A DNA stretch of 64,000 nucleotides from an uncultured Granulosicoccaceae bacterium (GCA_964435305.1 CAYSZH010000003.1:3585-67584), one strand, 5' to 3'. Numbered from the stretch's first letter, positions 31,260 through 41,542 are shown. Numbers and translations are program-made. Notes: generated by a model from the sequence alone, not told the origin.

Positions 31260-31294
31260 CTTAATAATCGTTCACTCATTTTTTGTCGCTTGCA

Positions 31295-31337
31295 GCGGAA
31301 ATTGCGAAACGGCAGCTAAACTACCGGCAATTTCCGC
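31295..31337 (-). other. Stem-loop just downstream of gor (terminator or mRNA stabiliser)
   Basis: GCGGAAATTGC (31295-31305) / GCAATTTCCGC (31327-31337), an 11-bp perfect inverted repeat with no U-tract on the gor strand. Confidence 0.5.
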
Positions 31338-31345
31338 GCTTGCAG

Positions 31346-32695
31346 CTAACGCATCGTGACCAATTCTTCTGCACTGGTCGGATGTAACGCTATAGTGTCG
31401 TCAAAATCCTTTTTAGTCGCACCCATGCTAATGGCCACTGCAAAACCTTGCAGCATTTCATCTACGTCGCGGCCGATCATATGACAACCTACAATTCTTT
31501 CGTTGGCCCCCTCGACAATCAAACGCATCGTCGTTTTCACTTTGTGCTCGATAAAGGCCATGTACATTGGGTTGAAGGATGATTCATACACTTTGACACC
31601 ATCGCCGTATTCATCACGAGCTTCTTTTTCAGTTAGCCCTATGGTGCCAATGGGTGGATGCGAGAACACAACGGTTGCGATATTTTTGTAAACAAGGTGA
31701 CGATCGGTTTGAGCATCATACAAACGATCGGCCAAGCGCCTGCCCGCCGCAATGGCCACCGGCGTCAGTTCTGCCTCTCCAATAACATCGCCAACAGCAA
31801 AAATACTTGGTATGTTGGTTTGCTGAAACTTATCCACTGGTATGTAACCGCGATCGTTCGTTTGAACACCTGCGTCCAGCAACCCCAGATTGCTTGTCAG
31901 TGGGGTACGGCCAATCGCAAATATAACTTGATCAAATCCATCCAGCTGCGTTCCATTTTCACCCGTAACAACAATGCCAGTATCGTCACGCTCAAGCTTA
32001 CTGGCAGTGAATTCTGTTTGGAATGTAACACCGTCCGCCTGCATGGCCTCAGCCAGGCGCGTCGATAAAACCTCATCAAAGCTCCGCAGTACCTGCGTTG
32101 TTCGAATACCCAATGTGACATCAGAGCCCAGCGCTTGCATCATGCCAGCGAGCTCAACTGCAATGTAGCCAGCGCCAAGCACCAGCACCTTCTTCGGCTG
32201 TGTTGTCAGTTCGAAAAAACCATCGGACGTGATCGCAAGCTCAGCACCTGGAATATCAGGCACGGTGGGGGTGCCGCCAACGGCAATCAAGATACGTTCT
32301 GCGCTGAATTGCTCATCACCCACTGCAACCGTATTTTTATCCAACAGCTTGGCATTGGCATGGCGCGTATCCACACCGTTTTTGGCAAACGTGTTGTCAT
32401 AGTAGGTATTGATGTTGCCGATGTACTTTTGGCGTTTTTCGACAAATTCAGACCAATCGAAAGCGCCTGCAGTCACCTCAAAACCATAGCCTTTGCCATC
32501 ACGAAGTCCGTGAGCCATGGTTGCGGCGTACCACATCGCCTTTTTAGGCACACAACCGCGATTAACACAGGTACCACCCATGATCGGGTCGCGCTCAATA
32601 ATCAGGCATCTGGCACCATAGCTGGCTGCACGATTAATGGTGGCGATACCACCACTACCACCACCGATGGCAATGAGATCGTAATCGAACGACAT
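31346..32695 (-). CDS. gor: Glutathione-disulfide reductase
   Basis: [59 protein letters not shown]. Confidence 0.97.
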   Translation of the reverse strand: MSFDYDLIAIGGGSGGIATINRAASYGARCLIIERDPIMGGTCVNRGCVPKKAMWYAATMAHGLRDGKGYGFEVTAGAFDWSEFVEKRQKYIGNINTYYDNTFAKNGVDTRHANAKLLDKNTVAVGDEQFSAERILIAVGGTPTVPDIPGAELAITSDGFFELTTQPKKVLVLGAGYIAVELAGMMQALGSDVTLGIRTTQVLRSFDEVLSTRLAEAMQADGVTFQTEFTASKLERDDTGIVVTGENGTQLDGFDQVIFAIGRTPLTSNLGLLDAGVQTNDRGYIPVDKFQQTNIPSIFAVGDVIGEAELTPVAIAAGRRLADRLYDAQTDRHLVYKNIATVVFSHPPIGTIGLTEKEARDEYGDGVKVYESSFNPMYMAFIEHKVKTTMRLIVEGANERIVGCHMIGRDVDEMLQGFAVAISMGATKKDFDDTIALHPTSAEELVTMR

Positions 32696-32797
32696 AGTTT
32701 TAAAACCTTACCTTGATAGGTGTTTGTAGCAAGTGCAGTTGGTTGCGGCCCGACATGCCAAGCCTAAAGCAGTTACTATACTGGCATCTACTGTTCG

Positions 32798-33691
32798 ATG
32801 CTGCAATCAGTTGTGATTTCCTATCCTATAAGAGACAAATGGCCGGCGTTTGTTTCACTGACGCGCCTAGATCGTCCAATCGGGATCTACTTGCTGCTGT
32901 GGCCGATGATGTGGGCTTTATGGTTTGCGGCTCAAGGCCTGCCTTCGATCAAGGTTTTGCTGATTTTCGTTGTTGGCACCGTATTAACCCGCTCTGGCGG
33001 ATGTGCTATCAATGACTACGCCGACAGAAACATAGACGCCCATGTAGAACGGACTGGAAATAGACCGCTCGCCACAGGTGCTCTGAGCGGCAGAGAAGCA
33101 CTGGCCGCGGCCGCCATTACAATGGCATTGGCCTTCTTGCTGGTTTTACTAACTAACAAACTGACAATATTAATGTCATTCGTGGCGTTGGGCCTGGCAA
33201 CGCTCTACCCATATACGAAGCGATTCACGCACTGGCCACAAGCCTTTCTTGGAGCCGCTTTTGCGTTTGCCGTGCCAATGGCGTTTGCCGCGCAAACGAA
33301 TACCGTCCCGGCAACCGCCTGGATCGTGTTTTTTGCCGCCGTAGTTTGGGCCATGGCGTACGACACGCTTTACGCCATCACTGATCGGGAGTTCGATTTA
33401 AAAATTGGTGTTAAGTCCACCGCTATACTGTTTGGTCGCTACGACTTGCCAGCTGTTGCGTTCCTGCAAGCCATCATGCTGGTTACCATGATAGCGGTTG
33501 GTATCGCACATCAACGCCAGTGGATCTATTTTTTAGGGTTTGTTTTTGCTACAGGGCTTATCGTAAGGCAGTTGTATCGTTGCAGGGAGCGGGACCCGCA
33601 ACGCTGTCTGGAAGCGTTTCTTAACAATCATTATGTAGGCCTTTGCTTGTTTATTGGGCTGGCATTGGATTACGCTGTTTACCCGTCATGA
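32798..33691 (+). CDS. ubiA: 4-hydroxybenzoate octaprenyltransferase
   Basis: RLDRPIG.YLLLWP, GCAINDYADR..D.HVERT..RPLA.G, YDTLYA..DR..D.KIGVKSTA. Confidence 0.96.
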   Translation: MLQSVVISYPIRDKWPAFVSLTRLDRPIGIYLLLWPMMWALWFAAQGLPSIKVLLIFVVGTVLTRSGGCAINDYADRNIDAHVERTGNRPLATGALSGREALAAAAITMALAFLLVLLTNKLTILMSFVALGLATLYPYTKRFTHWPQAFLGAAFAFAVPMAFAAQTNTVPATAWIVFFAAVVWAMAYDTLYAITDREFDLKIGVKSTAILFGRYDLPAVAFLQAIMLVTMIAVGIAHQRQWIYFLGFVFATGLIVRQLYRCRERDPQRCLEAFLNNHYVGLCLFIGLALDYAVYPS

Positions 33692-33722
33692 ACTTCTCAC
33701 TTCCCATACGCCAATTGCTTGT

Positions 33723-35474
33723 ATGAGTATGAACACACAAGTTGCAGACCTTTTGGCAAGGTATGAGCGGGTTATAGACGCTGGTAGCAGCAACGCAAAA
33801 ACCCTGGTGCCCGCTTTTAACACGCTACGGCTTGCCGATGCAGCTCTGGATAAAAGCACGCTTGCAACCGACAAACCTGAACATGCATTACAAATTGTTG
33901 TGCTTGGTCCAACTCAGGCAGGCAAAAGTACCTTGTGTAATGTGCTTCTGGATACCACTTCGGCAGGCATCAGTGCGTTAGCTGGCTATACCGTGCACGC
34001 ACAGGGCTTTGCAATCAATACCGACGAAGCAGCGCTTGCTGAGTTAGAACCGATTATGCGGCCGCTGGTAAAAGTAGACTCCACGCTTATCAATCAACAA
34101 AATCTTGAGCAGTATGTTCTCGAATCAGTATCCGCAGGCCCCGGAGCCATGATTGATACGGGTGTCATTTGGGATTCACCCGACTTCGATTCGATCGAAT
34201 CACAAGGCTATCGTGGCGCTGTACTACAAGCGGCCGCCCTGGCCGATGTACTAATACTGATGGTCAGCAAGGACAAATACGCTGACAAAACCGTATGGGA
34301 TATGCTCGCGTTGGTCCGCCAGCTCGGCAAGCCGCTATTTGTGTGCATTAACAAGCTAGATGAAGATGATAAAGCGACAGTAACGGATTCATTCAAGAGC
34401 CGGCACCAGGAGATGTTTGGCGAACCAGCTCCAGTCATTGTCTCATGGCCATTTGTAAAGTCTGCAAACAAAAACGACGAGCGCATTGACGAACAAGCTG
34501 TGGATATCCCCGAAGTGCTACGCAATGAATTAAAGCAAGCACTTGATAATACGATCCAGTCAGTTGACCGTGTAGCGCAGCGACAGCAGGTTATTAGTTT
34601 CGTAAAACAACACTGGCCGGTTTGGATAGAACCCATCAGTATCGAACAGGCCGCATTGGAAAATTGGCAACTGGCCGTAGATCAAGCGCTGAAAGCTGCC
34701 GAAGAGCGATACGTAAGCCGTTATCTCGACAACCCACACAAATACGATACGTTTAACCGTGCAATAGCGGAGCTACTGACGTTACTAGAAGTCCCGGGCA
34801 TTGCTGGCACCTTAACGGCAGCTCGCACGGTTGTCACTTGGCCAGCCCGCAAACTGTTTGGCCTTGGACAACAGGTCATCAGCCGCCAGACAGCACCCGC
34901 CGATCAAGAACAGGAAGTTTTGGATCTGATATTTGAACAAACGATGACAGGATTACAAGGCCACATCATTGTGACGCAGCAAGAAAAAGAGGATCAGGCT
35001 AATTGGTGGCAGGCGCTACAAAAAGAAATGCTTGAACAGAAACCTGCGTTAACGGATCAATTTAATAGTACCGCAAAACAGGTTCAAAATGAATTTGAAC
35101 CCCGTATTGATGCTACTGCCCAACAGCTCTACACCCAGTTACAAAGCCAGCCTGCTCTACTTAATTCCTTGCGGGCTGCCAGGGTGACAACAGATGCAGC
35201 GGCTGTCGTACTGGCAGTAAAATCAGGAGGCTTAGCGGCTGCTGATCTTGTTATCGCGCCAGCCATGTTATCCGTTACAACATTACTGACTGAAAGCGTG
35301 TTGGGCCAATACATGGAAAGGGCAAAAAAACAGCTCAAACAAGAGCAGCTGGACGAAGTACGCAGTCGCTTGTTTCAGGCTGTTCTAGGTCAGCAGTTAA
35401 GCGATCTTTCGCAAAGTTTCAACGAGACAGAGGTCATGAGCTCAGGCGAGCCTGTAGACCTTACCTTACATTAA
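33723..35474 (+). CDS. Dynamin-like / Era-like GTPase A
   Basis: G1 GPTQAGKST, G3 DSPDFDS, G4 NKLD; long helical C-terminus with a hydrophobic paddle. Confidence 0.8.
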   Translation: MSMNTQVADLLARYERVIDAGSSNAKTLVPAFNTLRLADAALDKSTLATDKPEHALQIVVLGPTQAGKSTLCNVLLDTTSAGISALAGYTVHAQGFAINTDEAALAELEPIMRPLVKVDSTLINQQNLEQYVLESVSAGPGAMIDTGVIWDSPDFDSIESQGYRGAVLQAAALADVLILMVSKDKYADKTVWDMLALVRQLGKPLFVCINKLDEDDKATVTDSFKSRHQEMFGEPAPVIVSWPFVKSANKNDERIDEQAVDIPEVLRNELKQALDNTIQSVDRVAQRQQVISFVKQHWPVWIEPISIEQAALENWQLAVDQALKAAEERYVSRYLDNPHKYDTFNRAIAELLTLLEVPGIAGTLTAARTVVTWPARKLFGLGQQVISRQTAPADQEQEVLDLIFEQTMTGLQGHIIVTQQEKEDQANWWQALQKEMLEQKPALTDQFNSTAKQVQNEFEPRIDATAQQLYTQLQSQPALLNSLRAARVTTDAAAVVLAVKSGGLAAADLVIAPAMLSVTTLLTESVLGQYMERAKKQLKQEQLDEVRSRLFQAVLGQQLSDLSQSFNETEVMSSGEPVDLTLH

Positions 35475-35547
35475 TTTTCTGATCGGATCACACCAGTTTT
35501 GCGTATCCTTCCTAGTGGAAAACCCGCAAGACCTCTATACTGGGCCA

Positions 35548-36036
35548 ATGCGTCGCTCTAAATTCATAGCCGTTTTACAAATTGCCTTTCTGATTTACGG
35601 GCAGCTTGTGGCTAATGTTCATGCTATTGGGCATTTGCATCTTGATGAAAATAGTGCGCAGCATCACCTCGAAAAAGATCATGTGCACATAATCCCTGGC
35701 CACACTGGGGACAAGGCCCTGCAAAGCAGAGCTCGCTTTCAGCTCAGCTCACTTATTCCTAACAGTAAGAGCCGCATTGCTTTCATACACTCGCATAGCT
35801 CAGACACTGCATCTATGCTGCAGCACAGCGGCGCTCACGCAAAAGGTGAAAGCACGGCGGAATACGACTGCGCGATATACCATGCTCTACTGAGCTTAAA
35901 CGTCATTTTAGAGTTACCACAGTCTGAACCTACCGCACACGCACGTTGCACTGTTAATTCCACACTTCCGCGCACTTTTATAGCCAGCAGCGCGCCAGAT
36001 CAAAAAAGTATACGGGCCCCACCTATTATTTCCTGA
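35548..36036 (+). CDS. His-rich leader protein with C-terminal RAPP motif (DUF2946/DUF2607-like)
   Basis: N-terminal MRRSK + hydrophobic segment + HAIGH; His-rich middle; DCAIYH; ends QKSIRAPPIIS*; lies directly upstream of zrgA. Confidence 0.75.
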   Translation: MRRSKFIAVLQIAFLIYGQLVANVHAIGHLHLDENSAQHHLEKDHVHIIPGHTGDKALQSRARFQLSSLIPNSKSRIAFIHSHSSDTASMLQHSGAHAKGESTAEYDCAIYHALLSLNVILELPQSEPTAHARCTVNSTLPRTFIASSAPDQKSIRAPPIIS

Positions 36037-36101
36037 TATGCGTATTTCAAGAAGCGGCGCAATTTGTGCGTTTTTTATTTGCTATCTATATTCAGGAAAT
36101 A
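36027..36101 (+). promoter_or_regulatory. Anti-Shine-Dalgarno hairpin sequestering the zrgA RBS
   Basis: TATTTCCTGA (36027-36036) is the exact reverse complement of TCAGGAAATA (36092-36101), which contains AGGA 9 nt before ATG 36107. Confidence 0.65.
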
Positions 36102-36106
36102 TCTAA

Positions 36107-36781
36107 ATGAAAATTTCAACTGTTTTGGCCGTTGCTGCGGCATTTTCATCTTCCACAAGCCTTGCTCAAACAGAGCGCGATCTGGACAGCCACGAACATG
36201 GCTCAGCGGCCCTTAATGTCGCGATTGACAATAGTTCAGTCATAATTGAACTGGACACACCTTGGAATAATCTGGTTGGCTTCGAACACGCCCCCAGCAC
36301 CGAAGAGCAACACGCTCTGGTAGACAACAGCATGGCCACGTTAAACCAGCCGGACCAAATGTTTACTTTCAATGGCGCGAGTTGCGAAGCCACTGAAACG
36401 GTGGTTGAAAGTACCCTGGCGATGGAAGACGAACATCACGACGATCATGATGACGACCATAAAGATGCTGACGGTCATGACGACCATGATGATGACCACG
36501 ACGATCATGATGACGATCATAAAGATGCTGACGGTCATGACGAACATGACGACCACGACCATGATGATCATGACGGCGAAGGTGAAACGCATTCCGAAGT
36601 ATTGGTTTCTTACGCGTTCAACTGCGACAACATCGGGCAATTAACCAGCATCGATGTGAATTTGCTGGAAATCTGGTCAGGTTTTGAAGATCTGGATGTA
36701 CAGCTAATTGGACCAGGTGGCCAGACCGCTGTTGAGCTAAGCCCTGAACAAACGCAACTCGATGTAAGTGCTGTCCAATAG
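36107..36781 (+). CDS. zrgA: ZrgA/DUF2796 zinc-binding periplasmic protein
   Basis: Signal peptide; HEHG..LNVA, NLVGFEHAP, His/Asp tract, HSE...Y.F.C, VQLIGP.GQ. Confidence 0.88.
   Translation: MKISTVLAVAAAFSSSTSLAQTERDLDSHEHGSAALNVAIDNSSVIIELDTPWNNLVGFEHAPSTEEQHALVDNSMATLNQPDQMFTFNGASCEATETVVESTLAMEDEHHDDHDDDHKDADGHDDHDDDHDDHDDDHKDADGHDEHDDHDHDDHDGEGETHSEVLVSYAFNCDNIGQLTSIDVNLLEIWSGFEDLDVQLIGPGGQTAVELSPEQTQLDVSAVQ
36437..36543 (+). repeat. Intragenic 60-bp-period direct repeat encoding the His/Asp-rich tract
   Basis: CACGACGATCATGATGACGAYCATAAAGATGCTGACGGTCATGACGA at 36437 and 36497 with one mismatch. Confidence 0.9.
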
Positions 36782-36822
36782 ACAGTTCCTGTAGATATAA
36801 GGCGCACAAACCGGTATAGCCA

Positions 36823-37569
36823 ATGACTGAGACAGTCACTACGTCACAGCCAATCGTGCAACTAAACGATGTGCGCTTTACATTTCCAGGCAGTTCGACG
36901 CCTGTTCTGACCATCGACGAGTTCGAGGTCAAAACAGGCGAGCGAATTTTTCTTCAAGGGCCTTCAGGCTCCGGTAAAACCACCTTACTCAACTTGATCG
37001 CAGCCGTTCTTACGCCACAAGCCGGCCGTGTGGTGGTGGATGATGTCGATCTGAACACACTGCGAGGCGGGCAAAAAGATCAGTTTCGTGTAGATCGAAT
37101 TGGTTTGGTATTCCAACAGTTCAATTTACTGCCCTTTCTATCTGTAAGAGAAAATATTCAACTCCCTTGCCGATTTTCAAAGCAGCGTCGCACCCGAGCA
37201 CTACAGAAAAGCTCAAATCTCGACACAGAAGTGGATCGTTTATTGGAAGCCATGTATCTGGACCCGAATGACGTTCAAGATAGAGCGGCTACCAGCTTAA
37301 GTGTGGGCCAGCAACAACGCGTCGCTGTTGCAAGAGCATTGATCGGCAGCCCAGCGCTTATCATCGCAGACGAACCCACTTCAGCGTTAGACAGCGATGC
37401 CAGAGCGGCCTTTATTGATCTACTGTTTGCTGAAGTTGAAGCGGCTGCTTGCACACTACTGTTTGTCAGCCACGATGCATCATTAGCCACTAATTTTGAT
37501 CGCCATATCAATTTAGGTGAAATCAACACCAGTGCACAACAGGCCGACATGCTGGATGTAATGCGATGA
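36823..37569 (+). CDS. ABC transporter ATP-binding protein (ZrgB-like)
   Basis: GPSGSGKTT, FQQFNLLP, LSVGQQQRVA, IIADEPTSALD. Confidence 0.9.
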   Translation: MTETVTTSQPIVQLNDVRFTFPGSSTPVLTIDEFEVKTGERIFLQGPSGSGKTTLLNLIAAVLTPQAGRVVVDDVDLNTLRGGQKDQFRVDRIGLVFQQFNLLPFLSVRENIQLPCRFSKQRRTRALQKSSNLDTEVDRLLEAMYLDPNDVQDRAATSLSVGQQQRVAVARALIGSPALIIADEPTSALDSDARAAFIDLLFAEVEAAACTLLFVSHDASLATNFDRHINLGEINTSAQQADMLDVMR

Positions 37570-38819
37570 TCGGTATTGCCTGGAAAAGCCTTTGTAATCG
37601 CTGGCCAACGGCTTTGCTTGCTGTACTGGCAATTACCATGAGTGTTGCCTTGATTCTAACCGTTGAAAAAGTTCGGCGCGATGCACGCTCAAGCTTCACT
37701 CAAACCGTTTCCGGAACTGATTTAATTATCGGCGCAAGAAGTGGAGCCGTTCAGCTTTTACTGTACTCGGTTTTCAGAATTGGTAACGCGACAAATAATA
37801 TTAGTTGGGAAAGCGTTCAGGAGATCAAGCAACGTTCTGCCATCGAATGGACCATACCAATATCACTGGGCGATTCACACGCAGGCTTTCGGGTCGTTGG
37901 CACGTCACAGGATTACTTCACTTACTACCGATACGCTGACAAACAACCCTTGGAGTTGACCAGCGGCGTCATCTTTGATGATGTGTTCGATGCCGTAATC
38001 GGCCACACGGTTGCTGCGGAGCTCGGTTACGAAGTAGGCGACGCCATCGTTATTGCACACGGCACTGGCTCAGTCGGCCTTGTGGAACATGACAAGCAAC
38101 CTTTCAGAGTCAGCGGCATACTCGCCGCCACAGGTACCCCGGTTGACAGAGCGATACATGTGAGCCTAGAGGGAATTGAAGCCGTGCATGTCGATTGGCA
38201 AAATGGCGCCCCTATAAAAGGTGCAGCCACTGATGCCGATACCGTTCGTACTATGGATTTGCAACCGTCAGCCGTTACAGCCTTGATGGTGGGGCTAAAA
38301 TCCAGAGCGGCGGTTTTTCGTGAACAGCGTGCAATAAACACCTACCGTGCCGAGCCACTACTGGCCGTTTTGCCTGGTGTTGCACTTCAGGAGTTATGGA
38401 ACCTGGTCGGGGTTGCTGAAATCGCCCTGTTGATTGTTTCAATTTGTGTCGTGGTAGCTGGTTTAGTCAATTTAATGTCCGTATTACTGGCAGGCTTAAA
38501 CGAAAGGCGCCGGGAAATGGCCGTTTTGCGTTCTGCTGGCGCACGCCCTGCCCACGTATTTTTATTATTGTGTATAGAATCAACTATGCTGACGCTAGGA
38601 GGCATTCTGGCAGGCTTGGCGTTACACTACGTTCTGACTGCGATGGCGTCCACTTTTGTGCAGAAACAATACGGACTTTCTGTTGTCTTATCCCTGCCAG
38701 ACACGTCAGATTTGAAAATATTGCTTGCCATCGCCATTGCTGGGACGGTGGCCGGCACATTACCAGCCTTGCACGCGTACCGTAAATCGCTTGCAGATGG
38801 CCTATCTCAGCGGCTTTGA
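37566..38819 (+). CDS. ABC transporter permease, FtsX/MacB type (ZrgC-like)
   Basis: SGTDLIIGARSG..QLLLYSVFRIG.ATNNI, PISLGDSH.GFRVVGT, LNERRREMAVLRS.GA. Confidence 0.9.
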   Translation: MIGIAWKSLCNRWPTALLAVLAITMSVALILTVEKVRRDARSSFTQTVSGTDLIIGARSGAVQLLLYSVFRIGNATNNISWESVQEIKQRSAIEWTIPISLGDSHAGFRVVGTSQDYFTYYRYADKQPLELTSGVIFDDVFDAVIGHTVAAELGYEVGDAIVIAHGTGSVGLVEHDKQPFRVSGILAATGTPVDRAIHVSLEGIEAVHVDWQNGAPIKGAATDADTVRTMDLQPSAVTALMVGLKSRAAVFREQRAINTYRAEPLLAVLPGVALQELWNLVGVAEIALLIVSICVVVAGLVNLMSVLLAGLNERRREMAVLRSAGARPAHVFLLLCIESTMLTLGGILAGLALHYVLTAMASTFVQKQYGLSVVLSLPDTSDLKILLAIAIAGTVAGTLPALHAYRKSLADGLSQRL

Positions 38820-38844
38820 GCGTTCTACCCTGGAGAATCAGAAT

Positions 38845-39432
38845 ATGACAATCCGAAATACATTGGTCGGCTGCACCGCAGTCTGCATGGTTCTGGTATC
38901 CCTTAGCTCATTCGCTAGTTGGTGGCCGTTTTCCAAAAACAGCGACAAAAACGCTAACGCCGCAAACGCCACAGAATTGGTTTGGGACGACCTGATCCCG
39001 GATGATTTTCAGCCACCTGAAAATCCGCTGATGACCATGTCCCAAGAAGAAATCGATAAACTGATGGATGGCAGTGAAGAATCCAATGCACGGCTGACTG
39101 AATTGGAAGACGCATTTTACTACGCCCCCGTGGTCGACAATTTAGATGGCAAGCGCATAAAGATCCCGGCTTACATCACACCATTGGAATTCAACGGGCA
39201 GTCCAAGCTAAAAGAATTTCTGCTGGTACCTTATGTGGGCGCCTGCATTCATGTGCCACCGCCACCGGCCAATCAGATTGTGCATGCTAAGTCTCCTGTG
39301 GCAATTAAAATTCCGGATATGTACGAACCGGTTTGGGCTACAGGTGTGATCAAAGCGGAAACCATACACAGTGACCTTGCTGAATCAGGATATCGTTTAG
39401 ACGTAGAAAAAATAGAGCGATATGAGCAGTAA
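38845..39432 (+). CDS. DUF3299 family protein
   Basis: L.WDDLIP, EFLLVPYVGACIHVPPPPANQIV; GGAG RBS before ATG 38845. Confidence 0.9.
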   Translation: MTIRNTLVGCTAVCMVLVSLSSFASWWPFSKNSDKNANAANATELVWDDLIPDDFQPPENPLMTMSQEEIDKLMDGSEESNARLTELEDAFYYAPVVDNLDGKRIKIPAYITPLEFNGQSKLKEFLLVPYVGACIHVPPPPANQIVHAKSPVAIKIPDMYEPVWATGVIKAETIHSDLAESGYRLDVEKIERYEQ

Positions 39433-39531
39433 GGCAGCGCATCGCTATTGGTAACATAGCCTCAATCGGCGTCAGAGTTTGATTAACCGATGGTGTAAAA
39501 AACCAGTAAAAATCAGGCGAATCACTTCGAT

Positions 39532-41436
39532 CTACTTTGACAGCTTAAACAATTGACTGAGCTGCGTTATCAGGGCGCGGCTAAGCTTGTTAGCATCATA
39601 AATAGTAATTGATTTCTGGTAATAAGCCGACACATCGTGCCCAATACCAATTGCCGCCAGCTCCACCTCGCCCTGTTTTTCAAGTTGCGCGATAACCGCG
39701 TGCAAATGTTCCACTAAATAGTTTTCGGAATTGTGCGCCATGGTGCTGGTATCGATAGGAGCACCGTCCGAAATCATCATGATGATTTTGCGCTGTTCTG
39801 GCCGGCGTTGAATGCGTTTTTGGGCCCATAGCAAAGCCTCGCCATCGATGTTTTGCTTGAGTATGTCGCCACGCAACATCAGCCCAATACCTTTACGCGC
39901 ACTGCGATACGGCACATCAGCACTTTTATAAATAATATGACGTAAGCCATTTAGCCGCCCAGGGTTAGCCGGCTCGCCATCGCTTTGCCATGCGCGCAAA
40001 CTATGCCCACCATGTAGCTCAGTGGTTGTAAAGCCTAGAATTTCGACGCTGACACCGCATCGCTCTAAGGTACGGGCCAATATATCGGTGCACGCTGCGG
40101 CAATCGTAATCGGTTTGCCCAGCATGGATTTGGAGTTATCTACCAAGAGGGTTATGGTGGTGTCTCTGAATTTTTGCTCACTCTCAGCTTTAAATGATAA
40201 AGACGATAAGGGCTGCGTCACGACTCGCGTTAAGCGTGAGGTATCAAGATGCCCCTCATCCAAATCAAATTGCCAATGACGTTGCTGCTCCGCCATTAGT
40301 ACGCGTTGCAGGCGACCAGATAATCTGCCCACCAAAGATGAATATCGCTGAATTTGTTCATCAAGCCGCACCCGCAAAGCATCCAGTTCAGCATCCGTAC
40401 TCAATTGCTGAGCTGATACGATTTCATCAAATGCATTGGAATAAACTTGATAGGTACCACCAGCATAGATCACTCGCTGTGAGATTCCTTCAGTTCCTGC
40501 CGCAACAGGCGCATCCTGACTAGGCATTGAAGATGCTGCTTGGTCGGCGGCATCAACGGCCGATTCAACGCTCTGCCGCTGCTCTTCAAGTTCTTCGCGC
40601 ATCGCTGCAGCCGCTGATTTTTCCAGCGCAAGCTCATCAATATCGCCTTGCGCATCGACATCTTCAGAATGGCCTGCTGGTTCTTGTGCACTTTCATCTG
40701 TTACGACAGTCTCAGCATCCTGAAAACCATCTTCACCCAGCGACACGATTGAGTCAGAATCAATTGCATTGATGATGTCTATCACCATCTGGGCATACTG
40801 TTGCTGACTGGGTGCTAGTTGAATCAGTTGTGAGAAGCGATGACCAACCGCCGCATTCACAGCCTCACGCCACAGAGACAATAACGATTGCATACCTGAT
40901 GGAGAGGGCTTGCCAGTAAGTGATTCTCGTGCCAGACAAGCAAGCACCAAGGCAAGTTGCTCGGCTCCAGATGCGATTCGCACCGTGGCGGCGGCGTGCG
41001 TGCGTGAATGTAATTCGCTTAAGTTGCGTGATACACCAGAGTAAGCATTCGCACCCAGAGACTCGCAGCGAACCTGCTCAAGTGCATTGAATATGCGTGC
41101 CGCTTTGTGGTCGTAGGGGCACAAGCTGGCATGCAACTCCTCATCGTGGTGAGCCGCAACCAAGGCAATAGCATCGCTTAATCCACGAAGCATCGGTGAT
41201 GGCACCAACGGCTGTTCAGTAATATCGACGGGGATTGCAAAGTCGAGCGTACGTAAGGCTTCATTCTCACGGATATCTGTTACTACATGCGGATCATTGG
41301 CAAGCGAGCGCACGCAGGCATCCGAGCAGCGCTTGAACTGCTCAGCCGTCAGAGCTAGGTTTTTTTCCGATTGTTTACCCGCGCGCATGTGCTCATTATC
41401 CGTGTATCCTGCTATTTTTGTTGTATGTCTTTTCAT
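39532..41436 (-). CDS. cobT: Cobaltochelatase CobT-like vWA protein
   Basis: [25 protein letters not shown]...[45 protein letters not shown]. Confidence 0.85.
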   Translation of the reverse strand: MKRHTTKIAGYTDNEHMRAGKQSEKNLALTAEQFKRCSDACVRSLANDPHVVTDIRENEALRTLDFAIPVDITEQPLVPSPMLRGLSDAIALVAAHHDEELHASLCPYDHKAARIFNALEQVRCESLGANAYSGVSRNLSELHSRTHAAATVRIASGAEQLALVLACLARESLTGKPSPSGMQSLLSLWREAVNAAVGHRFSQLIQLAPSQQQYAQMVIDIINAIDSDSIVSLGEDGFQDAETVVTDESAQEPAGHSEDVDAQGDIDELALEKSAAAAMREELEEQRQSVESAVDAADQAASSMPSQDAPVAAGTEGISQRVIYAGGTYQVYSNAFDEIVSAQQLSTDAELDALRVRLDEQIQRYSSLVGRLSGRLQRVLMAEQQRHWQFDLDEGHLDTSRLTRVVTQPLSSLSFKAESEQKFRDTTITLLVDNSKSMLGKPITIAAACTDILARTLERCGVSVEILGFTTTELHGGHSLRAWQSDGEPANPGRLNGLRHIIYKSADVPYRSARKGIGLMLRGDILKQNIDGEALLWAQKRIQRRPEQRKIIMMISDGAPIDTSTMAHNSENYLVEHLHAVIAQLEKQGEVELAAIGIGHDVSAYYQKSITIYDANKLSRALITQLSQLFKLSK

Positions 41437-41542
41437 AACGGCGAGCTAACGCATTAGTCATGAGAAACGCATTGCATTGACGACGCTTGCAACGTAATTA
41501 AACCTGTTATTCAAACGATGATGAGTAAACGATCAAATAACC

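Noticed and set aside
32135-32716. 193-aa plus-strand ORF
   Set aside because: Antisense shadow of gor
36341-36644. Met/Ile/Val-rich antisense ORF and Met/Thr-rich alternate-frame ORF
   Set aside because: Shadows of the zrgA His/Asp repeat in other frames
35515-41436. Mobile element explaining the split of the two GTPase genes
   Set aside because: No integrase, transposase, terminal repeats or evident compositional shift seen
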